DNA of 63,181 nt, counting the filler, from Reticulomyxa filosa (lineage: Eukaryota; Protista; Foraminifera), in NCBI GenBank assembly GCA_000512085.1. It is 13 parts of 13 records of this genome, joined end to end, with 100 filler letters (N's around TTAATTAATTAA, not from the genome) between each part and the next. Parts side by side here need not be neighbours in the genome. Positions count along the whole stretch, not along the records: positions 40,882 to 44,353 come from ASPP01000937.1; positions 44,454 to 58,080 come from ASPP01004084.1; 11 more parts are not named here. One strand, written 5' to 3'. Below, in pieces: positions 43,584 to 57,996 of the stretch (the first letter of the stretch is position 1; each line of letters opens with the position of its first letter). The notes under the pieces were generated by a model that did not search any database, was not told where the DNA came from, and worked only from the letters and a program-made list of their open reading frames with translations. Position numbers and translations under genes: made by a program.

Positions 43584-44453
43584 TCATCACAGTTGTTTTT
43601 TATATTGCGAACGCATTGTTTAAATTCAAACAAATTCAGTATGAAGAAGTATTTCATACATGCCTGAATCATTGTGTGAAGTGGTCAGTTGTGGAAATTG
43701 TAATGCGAATTGCTTTTTGCTATTGTACATAAATTCAACAAAGAACACAAAACAGACAAATGCAAAGCCAAAAAGAAGTTTAATTTTTCATAATTTTAAA
43801 AAGAGTAGATGATAAAATTTTTGGAGAGCCCATAGGAATTAAGACAATAACCAGGTTAGATACACCTCACGGGATTTTCTACATGTTGCAAATATTTGTG
43901 TTGTTAGACTCTCATTATCGGTTAAGAATGGGCAAATAATTTGAGCCGAATGCAGATAAATTGCATCGTACTGGAAATTATATTTTTTTTTGGAAATTGG
44001 TCTTGACTAGAGTAAAAAGAAAAAATTCAAGTGCGAATGTCATTAGCCTTGCAAAGAAAAAGAAAAATAAATTGAGCAAAGTTTGCTCTATTATTGAATT
44101 TCTTGAATTAAAAAGGCAAAATTGTTGAAATTTATTTTAAAAAAAAGTAAGTAAAATAATTAATGTAACATTATAATTTTCGAATAAATGTAACACCATC
44201 ACCAATACTTGATAAAGCAATGTCAACTCTTGAATCATTTTTAACCATTTCATTAAATTGACGAATAAAAATGGTATTGCTTTCTTGATTAGAAGGGTCA
44301 AAAACTTTATTATCCCATAAAGTATTATCAACACACATAATACCATTTTTTTTNNNNNNNNNNNNNNNNNNNNNNNNNNNNNNNNNNNNNNNNNNNNTTA
44401 ATTAATTAANNNNNNNNNNNNNNNNNNNNNNNNNNNNNNNNNNNNNNNNNNNN

Positions 44454-44518
44454 CATTGAGAAAATCAATTATCATCATAAGATATGTTTTAGGCGTTCAG
44501 TTTTCTTGCAACCTACTG
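44454..44518. mobile_element. Right half of the palindromic MITE-like element at a contig start
   Basis: CATTGAGAAAATCAATTATCATCATAAGATATGTTTTAGGCGTTCAGTTTTCTTGCAACCTACTG followed by TA. It begins at the hairpin loop of the 1684-1810 element. Confidence 0.85.
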
Positions 44519-46849
44519 TATTTGCCTCTTGGTTAATGAAATATCATTTCCCTAAGACTTGAACTTGGTGAGCTTCTTACTTTCAAATCTGCTCATTAGT
44601 AATTAGATTATACTCACTATCAATGACTGTATCGTCCATGTCGTTGCTATCCTCTGTGCCCAACATCGACGCAAATCAAATCTTTACTTCAGTTTTAGAT
44701 ATATATTCGTTTAGACTCATGCTATACTTGAATTTATTTTTTAAATATTTCTTTTATTCTCTCCCGAGTAGAAATTTTGCTTTTATTTGTAACTATGCCA
44801 CTCAATGCAGCATTTATAGCTTCATTTAGTACGATAGTAGCTACAATTTGAGCGGTCCACTCCTTAATGGTGTCAACAAGCATTTTTTTTTGCTTGTGTG
44901 AGTAAGTTTTCATTGTTAGTCAGTTGTGCTTTTTCGCTTTATCTAAATCGGGCAATATTTGCATTTTGAGTATATGTATGATCAAGTGGATATCATCTGC
45001 TACTTCTGCTACTTGGTTATGCATAGGGAACAGTACTTTATTCACTTCTAGAGTAGTAATAGTGATTCTGTCCTCATGAAAGTTCGAACAAATTAAAAGC
45101 AATGGCGAAGTTTTACACTATTATTTTCAATCTTATCTCTATGCTTAAATACTTGTTCCAAAATAGAAAATACTTTCACCAAACTTTAAAGGGAACTGCA
45201 ACAACTACCTGCCAGTCTTTTTCTTTGCGCGTCAGTTAGGTGTATCTTGGTTAGTTATACGCTTTTTTAGCGTTTACCTTCATTCATGTCATTTATAAAT
45301 GGTTGCGACGATTCTTTAATCACCGTAAAGCTTTGATTAACATGAACGACTTCCATTCGCGTTGTCAGCTGACAGTTTTCAAAAAATAGTAATGCAAAAG
45401 CAGGAAAAACAAATGAGAAAATGCTACAATCGAATTTACTGGTAAACGTAGTCTAGTCTTTATTTGATGTAAGACTATCATAACTACGGAGTTCGTTGTT
45501 TGCTTTGCTTTCATTTGTACGACTATGTATTGCACGTACGGCTGTTTGGAACTTCGCAAGCACAAACTTTATATCAGCCATATTTTTGTTGGAAAAAAAA
45601 TGTTCATAAGGTAATACGCCTACTTGGCTGTAACACATGAGGCAAATTCTAATATTGTTCTAAAACTGACTTCATTTAGTACGCTTATCTCATGATTGTC
45701 AAAAGTCACGTACATGAAATTATATTGAACTTTTTTTAATTCGGCATAAATATGCACTAGCGGGTAAATCGATGAAAGATTTAAATCTTTAAGTATCATT
45801 ACAATTTTTTCTTTTTTTAATATTTCGTCATACGTTCTCTAAATCAACTCTTTTCCATTAACAAGGCCTCTAAATTTATTATATCCTTTCTCAAGCTTTT
45901 CTTCAGGAACATTGGACCAGCACTCGACCTATACTCCAACTGTAATTAGATTTATATCTTCATATGTAGTGCTTTGTTTTATAACTAGTGTCTTTCAAAA
46001 AAAATTATTTTATGAAGATTCTTAGCAAATAAAAAGTATGTATTCATTCATGCAAGAGGAGAAAAAAAACATAGGACAAAAAACTTCGATGAGTTACTAC
46101 CAAAGGAATCTCACCAAAAATTGGATATAATGCATTGTTGCCTTATTCGTAATTGAATTTTTGCATTTCTTAGCTTTTTAAAAATAAATAATGATTATAA
46201 TAATTGCAGTAGTACAAATCTTTGGGTCGCGAGATACTATCTTCCTGTTTAACCTAAAAAATGTATTTTTCTTTTTTCAAGCCTTTAACGAATGTCAAAC
46301 TGCTTCTTGTTTCATTTTCCACATTTTACACCAGATAGAACTAAGCAATGCGAATGTTATTTATGTTTCCATTCAATAGATTGCAAAGATAATTTTTTTT
46401 GAAGTACTTGACGTAGAACAAATACTTTTTTTTTATTATATTATCCTTTTTTTTTACAGGACTGATTATATTTCAAACTTCCTTTGTTCGATTATCTTTC
46501 ATTTATTTTATTTTTAAAAAGTTTGAGATTATTGAATTTATCTGTCAAATAACAGAACCTTACTTTCGAGGAGGTATCGTTAATTTTCATAAAAGTAGGT
46601 AATTGCATTATAACATGTTTGCTCTTTTATTTTTCCATCAGTTTTCCCTATTTTCAGAAATTAATAAAAATAGACTATTTCTGTTAACTAGCATTCATAT
46701 AAAGTTCAATATTAATACAGTTGCTTGGCTTTTTTTTGAGCTCACATATTTTAACAATTAGAAAAGATATTGTATGGTTTGATGATAATCTATATACCCT
46801 TTTGCTTTGCTTTTTGTAAATAATATGATATGATTCAAAAGTGCGAGGC

Positions 46850-48330
46850 ATCTGAAAATAACGGAAAAGTTAGATGAAAATTATCATTTCATCAACTTTG
46901 GATATTCTCCAAAATGAATTGTACGCAATGTCAAATTTAAACCTATTACGGTTAAGTGAATGGGAAAGAAGACTACAAATCTCCAAAAAAAGATTCAACA
47001 ACGATTGGAGTAAGACAAGAATATCCAGTTATACAGTGTTTGAAACAAGATGTGACATTGTTTTTTCAAACAACACTCCCAGATAAATATTATTTGAAAG
47101 TGAAGCGAAAGTGTATTATATGTGATGATATTAGGAAAAGAAAAAAAAAATGAACATTTGATTAACAAGTATACCTATTATTGAACGCTGCTTGTATAAT
47201 TCTGAAATGTGCAAAGTGAATGTAATTGAGTGCAATCAATTTACAAACAACATGTCTATGAAAGAAGAAAAATGATTAAATATGTATGTTAATTCGTTAT
47301 GTGGAAGTACTTATTTCATTTAAGCATGTTTGTTTAAAAAATCCTATTATGATTTAAATTTTTTTCTTCTAATTGATCCAACTACAAATTGCATACAATT
47401 ATAACTAAAGCAAACAAAATTCCGAAAAAGTTAAAATGAAATACCGGGGATTGACTTAAGATCTTTGTTTCAGAACTTATTTTGCTTGATAAATGTTCAA
47501 TTTGATTGTATCATCAACACTTTGGACTATTCATTTTTTTGTGGTGGTGAACAAGAGACAACAGAATTAGAAGATATTTGGGTAAACACAGAAAAAGGTA
47601 TATTAAAAATACGTCATATTGGTATCCATGGAAAAGCAGGGACTGAAAAAAGTTTATTGACACAAAAGATTGCATGGCTATGTGCAAAAAAAAATGTGGA
47701 GTGATCATTTTCAATATTTTTGGCAAGGCTTTAGATAAAAAGGATAATAGTATTGAAATGCAATGGTCAAAGATAATGGGTAATTAAATATTCCGCGATG
47801 GAACACAAATGATACAGAACATGTCGTAAACACAAAGGATGGATTATTGTTAGTGTTGGATGGATTTGATGAAATTGCAAATGAATTGAATTCTTGAGAC
47901 AGTGGTTGCAACATTGCACAAAAAACACAAACTATTCGATTATTATCACAAGTAGTCCCAATCAATATGTTCGTATTTGGATTCGCAACATATTCAAATC
48001 TTTGATGGATTCAATAACAAAGATGGTGGTATTCGTGAAGCATGTGCGAATGGATTTCAAATAATAACTTCGAAATTAAATGGAATACAATTGTATAATT
48101 TGCTTGATTGTTTAAAAAAGGGATTCTACAGTGGAGTTTATAAGGTTCGGTATTTATGAATAAACATACTCCAAATTATATCACTGAGATTGGTTGAGCG
48201 ACAAGTTAACGATGAATTGTATTTTTTAATAAATGGATTTAATGATGGAGGTCATGACATTTGCGAATTATGTGCAAATGGACTTTGAAAGATAGCACCA
48301 AAATTGAATGGAAACAATCGAGCAAATTGA
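46850..48330 (+). pseudogene. Degenerate NACHT/STAND NTPase with HEAT-like repeats
   Basis: LEDIW...HIGIHGKAGTEKSLLTQKIAWL (decayed Walker A) and LLLVLDGFDEIANEL (NACHT-type Walker B), then repeats such as GIREACANGFQIITSKLNG and ICELCANGL*KIAPKLNG. Many stops and frameshifts. Confidence 0.7.
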
Positions 48331-49362
48331 TCCGATGTTCAAAAATTTTAGCTGTCTAAACATTTCCCATCTATTTTCGCGAATGCAATGCTTCAATATA
48401 ATCCAATAATATCCACCAAATGTCCAGATAACGTCATTGACACATGCATATCCATATTTGTAGACTTGTATAACATAAATATCAACAGCCAGCAGATGAA
48501 ATTGAAAAATGTTTTTATCCTCGTCGTAAAAAGCAACATTTCATTGTTTCTTTTTCATTCGTTTGAATCATTTCTTGTCCGTGTTTGAATGTAATATAAA
48601 GCAATCAGTTTTAATTACGTTTTTAAAAATGGTATGAAAAAATATGCCCCTTTGAAAAAAATGTCTTTATGGAAAATAATAAATATAATTTTCTCTTTGA
48701 GTAAAAATAATCAAAAAATAAAAGATATCAAGTCAAAATTGAAAAATTTGTAAGTATGTTTAATTTGTCAAACATACTAAAAAAAAAGAAAGCAAAGTTG
48801 ATTTAATCAAATACACTAACATTATTTTTTTAATAAGTAATAAATAACAAATGCTTTTTTTCATCAATCATTGCAAGATTTGAAGTAATAATATATCAAC
48901 TTTGTTTAATTTGTCTTTCAGGAGATTTTTGTGTTGTAATTCGATGTTATTAATGTTAAGTAGTTTAGATACAAGTACGATATACTCGTTATTATTTATT
49001 GATTTAAATAAAATACAAATTACTTCTTTTTTCACAAGAACTAATCAATAAACTTGATGCAGATCGGATGCATAATTTAACATTAGGTGAATACATCATT
49101 GCATCTTTACTTTCTTATTCAAGCAAAACAACTTTAATTTTACATTCAAAAAAGATTACAGTTAATAATTGACATCTCAATTCAACACTCAAAATTTTTT
49201 ATCGAATTGAGTTTGTGATTTCTTTTTTTCCATTGATTGTATTTAAAAATCTTTTATCCTTTTATTTAATTTGTTTCATAATTATGTTAATTAATATGAT
49301 CGATAACTAAAAAGATCCTCCTAAAATGAATCCTGTGAGCATTCATCCTTTTTCGATAATAT

Positions 49363-49720
49363 CTACGCATTGTGAAGAATCCAAATATAAAAGATGATGA
49401 TGTCAAAAATTTCAAACAATTATTTGAGAAAAAACTAAATTATCAATTTTTGTGCAATTTATCTCCAAAAATGACAAAAATAGATTTACAAGCATTTATG
49501 GATCGATTATTTGTTGATTTTGAAATTCGTACAAATGAAAAAAAATATGATGGATTAATAATAATTATTTGTGGACATAGAGAGAATGAAAATAGGTCAG
49601 TAACAAGTGATGGAAAAAATGTGCCAGTTGATGATATAATTAAATCATTTGATTGTGAGAAAATAGAATCTTTTAAAGATTCCAAAAATATTTCTAATTA
49701 ACATATGTCGTAATCAAAAT
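49363..49720 (+). pseudogene. Caspase-like (peptidase C14, p20) domain relic
   Basis: DVKNFKQLFEKKLNYQF...YDGLIIIICGH (catalytic His position)...VTSDGK; after a frameshift, PKIFLINICR (catalytic Cys position). Confidence 0.7.
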
Positions 49721-52700
49721 ACTTCAGCTGATTATATAATGACAACAATGAGATGAAAGATAGAAGAAAAGATATGCAGTACCCGTAATTGACTTCTATT
49801 TAACTTTTTAACAACATGATTTTCTTATATCAAAGTAAGACGTCAAAAAAATTGACTTTTAAAAAATGATCTTGATATAAAAATATTCTTTAGCAAACAA
49901 AGTGCTGTCGTGTAAATATTTGAGACAGTATGTAAACCTTTTTGTTAAAAAAGTAAATGTGTATCTTTGGACACGCATATGAATGCAGATCGCATTGAAT
50001 AAGCTTTGTGGTTTTAAAAGGGCACTGAATTTTGTTCCCCTTTTTGTGTTTTTGGAAATTATTGGGACAAGAGTAAAGTGTTAACATTTTATACTTTTGA
50101 GAAATTAGATGAACAATTGAAAATATCCATTTTATTTTCTTTTATTGTTCACTAAATTGCAACAAAATTATTGGTACCTTTTTCTTGAATGTATTTATGA
50201 ATTAATTGCATATTTGTAAAAAAGTAATTTTGAAAAACACTGAACAAAGAATGACTCTAAATTCAATGATGAATTTTCGCTTCGTCTTTGTCATAGTGAG
50301 CGAGCAAATATTTTTCCAAGGATAAACGTCGGTTTCGCAATAACGAGTAACATGTTGCCAATGATAAGGTATCCGTCTGTCGTAAGAGCTGAGAATGAGA
50401 CATGGACAAACCTTTTTTCAATAGATACGCTTCCGTTTCTCCCATTTTTTTTAAACTGACAAGGCTGTGGTCTGGACGAAGTTAAGACCTACTTTGCGCA
50501 TTGAATGAAAACAACACTAGCTGGATTTTCAGTTATTCATCTCTTCATGAAATAAATTATTAATTTTTTCAATTGTATTTTGCACTTTCATTCAAATAAA
50601 AAAAAAATCGAACATCGAAAGTGTTTCATTCATTATTACAAGTTAAGTTAGAGACTACTTTGTATCTATCATAATTGACCATCATATGCTCTTTTATACA
50701 GTAAAAGTAACGATTACTCTGTCAACAGTTTATAACCACTATTGCTTAGTCACGAAGCAAACAAAAAAATTCTTATCTTTGTTGCACACTCGATCGATAT
50801 GAAACGTGACTGCCCTTGTCAAGTGTCCAAGATTTTTGGCCTGTTTATGTAAGGTGTGAATAAACACATAAAGTAAAAGGAGAATCTTTAGATTTGAGTT
50901 TCAATCCATGCTTACTTTTCTTACAAAGTGATCACTTGAAACGAATGCTGGTTGAACATTTTCTAATTTTTATTCCCCCTTTTTTTTGTGATTATTTTAA
51001 CTTTAAAAACTAAACGACTTTTTCAATAAATAAATAATAAAAATAAAATACTCAATTAAGAATATATATATAAGCAAGCAGATATGTTCCCAGTTTTATT
51101 TATTTTAAAAACGATTTAAAGATATAAAAATATTGTCCTTTTTTGAACCAATCAAAATTTGAATTGTTGTGATATTGTATTTTGTTGATGGAGGAATATT
51201 TGTGATAATTTTATATTTTATATTGGGTATTTTACTTTTGCCCTGTAGAAAACTATGAAAGCAATTGTTATTGATAGCCAGAGTTTGTGAATCCCTTTCG
51301 TACAACCATCCAAAAAAAAGAGCATAAAAAGTTTAATTACAATTATTGCCTATGTTTGTTTTTAATCAATCTCTCTTATCGAGCCTTTTTTTTAAACGTA
51401 GAACAGCTGCTTGTTGATGTTTTGCTTAAGTATTTTCGAATGTTAAATTTATCTTTTTATAACTATTTCAATTTACAGTACTTCTTTCTCTATCTAACAA
51501 AAAATTTTAAAATGTATTTGATCTTTAGTAAAATGTAGGAAAAAAAGTCATTAAGACAATTAAAGATATTAAAAGTTAAGAACCTTGTTTTAAAAAAGCA
51601 GATTGCATTTTTTTTTCTTACAAAAAAAAAGGTTATCTTCATAATTGAACAACATATCGCTGTCATAACCAGACAAATTTTAAAGATAATGTATTTAATA
51701 GATTTTAAAAGTTATATTATATGACTCAGTCACTACTGGGGCTGGACTGAAATAGATTCTGCCTTATTTGTGAAGCAATTGGCGAATTCCAGAGCCAATG
51801 AAAACGATAGAATAATAATTAACATTAAGATATTAACATTCATAAAATTTTGCGAAAGTTTAGAATAGATAACTTCACTCAACATATACACGCCGTATAT
51901 TTTGCGTGATAATTCATAGTGGTATGTGTCTAATTTGTGATCCTTGTCTAGCACAAACTGAATATTGCACAAAAACATAAGTTTACTTTACAAATACAAA
52001 GATAAAGATAAGTATATTCCAACAAAAAATATTTCCAAACGCGATTACGTTGAAGCATTTAGTATGTCAATATGACTATTTGTATTCATATAAATATAGA
52101 CATATGATAAATTGGTCGATTGAGAAATAGTAAAAATAGTAAATATGTGAACGGATTTATAATACGAACGTTGGATAATCTCAATCAATAGTTGTTGCAA
52201 ATGTTTGTAGTAATTTATACCAGCGATAGAAACAAGTTGAAAATATCTGGCCAACCTATCCGAATATCAACGCATCTATCTTCAATTGGATGTCCATTAC
52301 AATACTTTCACTACTATGTTGTTTTTTTGTTAGTGAGAAAAAAATTTGATTGCAAACTTGTTTTTTGTTCTTTGTGCAATAATGGTTTTGTGTAAGTTGA
52401 TGGAACGGGACGAGACTGAAAATAGATTAGATGATGTGAAGATGGCATTAAACAATAAAGTCAATCACATGAGCAGCAGACGGAGCCAGTCGAAAAAGAA
52501 ACAGACAAATATGGCGTTGTGACATAAATAATGTCACAGCGGACACAACCGACATGCAATACTGTTGATAATTAACATTTAAATTTTGTCAATTTTAAAC
52601 ATATCCACTTCTTTTTTTTTGTTGCTGTTGTGTATTGTTTATTCAGTTTTGAATAAATCTTTACTGAAATTTTTAATGCTAGGAAAATACCTTTTTATTA

Positions 52701-54477
52701 GAAGATTTAAATGAGTGGATTTAAAATATGAGAAAGCAAAAAAACAATAATCAAACGACAAAAAACAAAACCTAAAAACAACTTTAGCATAACTTTCATT
52801 GATAAGTTTGAGTTCATTCTTTTATTTTTTCTATTGAGATGATCTTGTAAGATAAAAAAATGCTTTAACTTTTTTTTTATCAACGAATGGCCGAAGAATT
52901 GATTTTTTTATTTAATGAAGACAAGTTAATAGTTGATTGCCAAAATATAAAGTAAATTTCAATCTGAAGGCATTTTTATGTTTCAATTTTGTGTTTTAGT
53001 ATGCTGCATAACTGCACAAAAAAAAATAATCAAGTGCGACATAAATAAGATTTAAATCAATCAAATGATTCTTGGAATAATGTCATTAGATGATGTTATT
53101 GTTGTAAAAATATGAAACAACACAATAAAAAAGGAAAATGAATAAAAATGTATTGCTTTGTTTACCAAGATTATTTAATTTGCCAATTTTTTTTTATAAA
53201 GTTAACATATTTTGTTTTTATTAATATTTCTTTGTCTTTTGTAACAAATAGCATACCATTGTTAACAATATATTGTACTGCATGTTTAACAGCCGTATTT
53301 TTTTTACTGCCATTTTTTGTGAATTGGAAGACATTAACAAAAGTTTTTTGATTTCTATTTTCCAATTTAATTATGTTAAAATGTATGTGTTGCTTTGATT
53401 CTGCTTTTTTATGAAAAAGAAGGCTGTGTTCCAAGTGATATGTAAGTACTTTGATAAAGATAAATAACATTTTTTTTATTAAAATTGTAATTGTTATATG
53501 TACAATTGTCATTCACAATAAAAAAAGGGTCGAAAATATTCAAAAAATGAGTCGTGATAAAAGGAACTAATATATGAAATCAGTAAGGCAATATTTATCA
53601 AAGAACAGAGTTTGGACTTTAGAGTCCCTTCAATTTATGTTTTGAAAAATTTTTTGCACATTAAACATAGCACAAAATGCTAACATTTTCATGCGTTTCA
53701 TCCATTATTAGAACCTTATTCTAATAGTTCCAAAAGCACAAAAGGGAAAACAAAAATTCAGTGCAGCCTTTAGAAGAGTCAATTTTTATCTCGTACTGTA
53801 TGTAGTCCTTGTTTTTGATTTTATCTATCACTAAAATGTTATTTACACCCCCTCATCGATATGTCTTACTGTTAAACGTAATTTTAAAGTCATTAAGCAT
53901 TCCAAGTTTCTTTCCTTGAAGTCTTAATTATTTTCATGGCCTCTTGTGGCGAGATTGAGTAGGCCATTTTTAGAGTAATGATTCACTGCAAGTACAGTAC
54001 GTTCACCTATAGGCTTTAGAATTTTGCTTTCGATACTTCCAACGACACTCGTCTTATCAACTTTCTGTGCCAGTGTGTTGAACGACTCATTGTGAATCAG
54101 ATCCTCAAATTTTAAGCTCTGTGTGTTCACAATTTTATTTAGGACAGATTGAATTGAAACACTTTTCGTAGCTTCTCCAATTCCCTTGCCTTAGTACTGA
54201 ATTGTTCTAAGAAGTATTTGTTTCGCGGTCTAGAATCTCTCATTTTCTTTATTTTTGTACGAACTCCTTTTCGTCATTATTGTTATATGCTTTAGAAAGG
54301 GTGTAGGTGGTGTTCTTTGGGTTGGGGTGAACGCGTATCTCTCAATTTATTATTGGACAAGAAGCCGTTAAGTTTGATTGTGAGTTAACTTAATGAAAAC
54401 AAAGTTGGTACAAAAATTTTTGGGGAATGAACTAATATTGGAGAATAATTCAATTAGTCCGTTATCACATAAAAAAA

Positions 54478-55611
54478 ATGACGCATGCAAATGAAAAAAA
54501 AATGATTCTTTGTAAACTTGCTCCAAGTGAAGATTCTCTAAGCCTTAATCTTGTGAAGTTTCCGCACCCTAAATACCGCTCTCTGTACTCGTGGTATTTG
54601 ATTAACAATAACGCGATATATGAGTTGCAAAATATTGGAGACGAAAATGAGAATAGTCTGTTTATTGATAATTTTGTAAGAGAAAAAGGTGACATGTACA
54701 TATTAAGTCCATTCGACCCAATGTATTTGCTTTTGCCTCATTTAATAAGGAGTCGCAAATATTCGCCACTGAATAATAAGCCTTGTTTCATGGCATTGGA
54801 TCAAATGCTTTGTGATTCACCCACGAAAGAAAATCAATGTTCAGAGCCGTCGTCTTTAGATTACAATCGTTTGCTGTCCATTCCTGGATGTCGAGAGCAA
54901 ATTGCATTGATTTGTGATTCGAAACAAATTGCAGGAGAAAAAGATTTATTTTACTCCTTAAACGACGACAAATTGATTCAATGGTTGCAATGCAAAGTCA
55001 AAAAAATACAAGCTACATTAGCCATTGTCGGTGAAAACAATGGTATTTTTTTTTTTGATATAATAAAATTATTTGCTTCGTTTGCAAAATTTTGATTGTC
55101 CGATAGCAACGTTTTTATACACATATTTTTATAAATTATGAATTTATTATCTAATAAAGAAGAAGAAGAAGACGTCCAAACGGCGTTGCTGATTGTCAAT
55201 GAATATATTTCGGAGTCACTGTTCCAAAGTGTATGTGCAAGCTTTGGTGTTGTTGTTGTTGTTGATGATATGAGCAGCATGCTGAAACACGATCCAAAAA
55301 AACGGAAATTGTCCGCATTGAATGAAACGGAAATAGATTCAGAAATGAAAACAACCGAATCTGAACAGAATGGCTCTCATTTGTTGCCAAAGACAAAGAG
55401 ACAGAACCAAGGTCAATATGACCTTGTTGACAACACCACTGTTCGCAAAGTAATTGGAGCCTGTGATCCTGATTTAGAACGGGTGCAAATAAGATTGACG
55501 TCAGAAAAACCCAAACCTTCTGTGCGCACAAATGCTAACAAACAATTAGATAAGGTGAACACCAAAGGAATGAAATCAATGTTTTCGTATTTTTCCCCTT
55601 CAAAAACGTAA
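54478..55611 (+). CDS. RNASEH2B: Ribonuclease H2 subunit B, 2 exons
   Basis: FPHPK..., YELQ, SLFIDNFV...MYILSPFDPMYLLLPHL, FYSLNDDKLIQWLQCKV; C-terminal KVNTKGMKSMFSYF PIP-box. In-frame GT-AG intron at 55043-55159. Confidence 0.9.
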
Positions 55612-57605
55612 ATTTTTGCAATGTAAGCGTTTTTTTTCTTTTTTTCCAACGGGATTACTTTTTTTTAGTTATTTATTTCTTTTCAAAACCAATACACACC
55701 GACCGACGGTATTCTGCACCAATCACAATTTCACAATGTTGCCATCCTTTTTTTCAAACAGTAGAGACTTGAAGAAAAATCATTTCTTTTTTTCAAAAAT
55801 GTTGTCATCTTGTCAGTGCTCATATAGCGTCTCTTCTTGATCATATGCCCTTTTTTTGATGTATACGTTGGAACAAGAATAAGAACGCCATATAAAAAAA
55901 TATCATCATGTTTTCAAATCTATCTTGTCATTTATTTGTTTATTTTTAAACTTGTTTTGAATACGTATGATTTTTTTCAATAGTTTTTTTATGAATGAAT
56001 TTTTTGTTGGAAACGGTGTTTGTCCTAATCCGATGCTTTTGTATGATCAACGAAAAAAATTGTCATGTTTATTTTTGTCTTTTCTTAATTTTTCCATAGT
56101 TTAGTTTTAATATAGTTTAATTAATTCAAAAAAAAGTGAACGTCGTATTGTCAACAAAAACAAACACCATAAAAATTGTATATTCGAAAAACACATTGTG
56201 CACTTAAGATAGCACAAGCTTTATAATCAAGAGCAAGAAAAAAAGCTTGAAAGACATTGGGCTAGCTTTATAAAGCACATTATTTTAAAAATACATATAC
56301 AAAAAATATATACAAAGTGAGTACATGAACTTTTATCAAAGAAATGCATTTGATCATTTGCACCGATTACGTTCTCTTGTTAAATGGATGTTGACAAAGA
56401 ATAAGTCAATATGACATAAATGTACACTTTTAGTGTTTTTATCATCTTTATCATTTTTGTTTAGTTTGTTTGGACAACTATGACTCTAGTGGTTTTTGTT
56501 TAAATGTTACTATTAAAGTATTCTTTGTTATTCCTTTCTTTAAATATATCACAAATTCAAACTATTACTAATAAATGACTTAATCATCTATTCAAGTTAT
56601 TTTTTCGGACATGATCACTTACGAATGTAAACAAAGCAATTTTCGTAATTTCAATTTAGAATAAATGCTATCTTTGATTGAAACTGTTGATATAAGTACT
56701 AACAAGACTTTTTGCAATGATTGAAACAGCCAGCATTTCTGAATTTGGATAACCTTAAATATATTGCTTCTCCTCAAAACTGATAGTAGACCTTGAAAGT
56801 CGCATGAACGGCTTTGTTTATCAAAGTTTCTTCATTGCATAAGAAATTGGTTGAACATATATTAGTTTTATTTATTTTTCTGCGCTCGACAATGCTTTGA
56901 ATTTCATATATTATAATTCTACTTAAAAAAAAACTTAAATTTCTTTTTTCAAATATGAAAATTATCATTACAAAATAATAGTTTATCATTATTTAAAAAG
57001 TGTGATATATGTGTAATTTTTCGGGGACCACAAAATATATTTACATTTCAAAATTGAACTTATTGCTGTAGATTTAGAAAAAACTGTTGCTTGAAACAAT
57101 AGAATTTTACTTAATATGTTAATTTTTTTCAAATATTTTTTTTGATAGTTGAATACAGAAACGAAATGAAAGTACATATCATTGCCATTTTATACGCATG
57201 ATACTTTTTATTTTGAAAAAAGAAAAAAATGGTTTGTAATGAGTTGCGGCATAACAAATGAGACAAGAAATGCAATATCAAAACATCAAAACTTGCGAAA
57301 TACATTGAATTTTTAACACATATTTATGCTATTCTCAGTTTGTACAATGAATGACACTTTTGATTTGTTTGAATTATCTGTATTAGTTATTTAAATGTTC
57401 AAAGTTTCATAATGTAAAATACGACATATTCAACTACCAAACTTTTAAAAAATTTTGCAACGAAGGGAACTAGTTCCTCGTACGGTAAAAAAAAAATATT
57501 ATATTTGCAACTCGAAGGGGTTTTTCGTGGGGTCGAAAAAAGGAAAATGAGTGTACATTTTCGAAAAAACTTTTGTTCTTTTAAAAAATTAACTTTTTTT
57601 GCAAA

Positions 57606-57996
57606 ATGGGCTCTTTTTGTGTTGTGCTAACTCTTCTGGTACATTTTTTAATTTTTTTGACATTAGGCAATGATGATTTTGATTATGCACATTTCGGTGA
57701 GTTTGTGTTTGTTCGAGAAGCGAGTCTTGTACGTTTGTGACAAAAGGAAACACTAGAGAGAGAGGAGGGGGGGGGGAAAAAAAAAAATAGCGGAATGGGC
57801 CAAAAAAATGGTGAGACAATGGCTACGTTCAGTGAAAGACCTAAATGAAACGACAATAACGCGGTTGTTCAAGGACAACGTGGATGGACAATATCTGTGG
57901 AAAAAGATGAACAAAGAACTGAAAGGAATGTCACAGCTATCAAATGACGAAAGACAAATAATAGTGGAGGCTTTTATGTGCGTATGTCGAACATGA
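57606..57996 (+). CDS. SAM-domain protein with a probable acylated N-terminus, 5' part
   Basis: Three small exons give MGSF(L)CCANSSG/NDDFDYAHF/AEWAKKMVRQWLRSV...FKDNVDGQYL if one T is added in the T-run near 57616. W....V..WL and F....+DG..L are SAM signatures. Confidence 0.5.

Noticed and set aside
37590-49720. A clustered immunity island (RNF213 + NACHT + caspase)
   Set aside because: The RNF213-like gene and the NACHT/caspase relics lie on different contigs separated by linkers, so the proximity is artificial.
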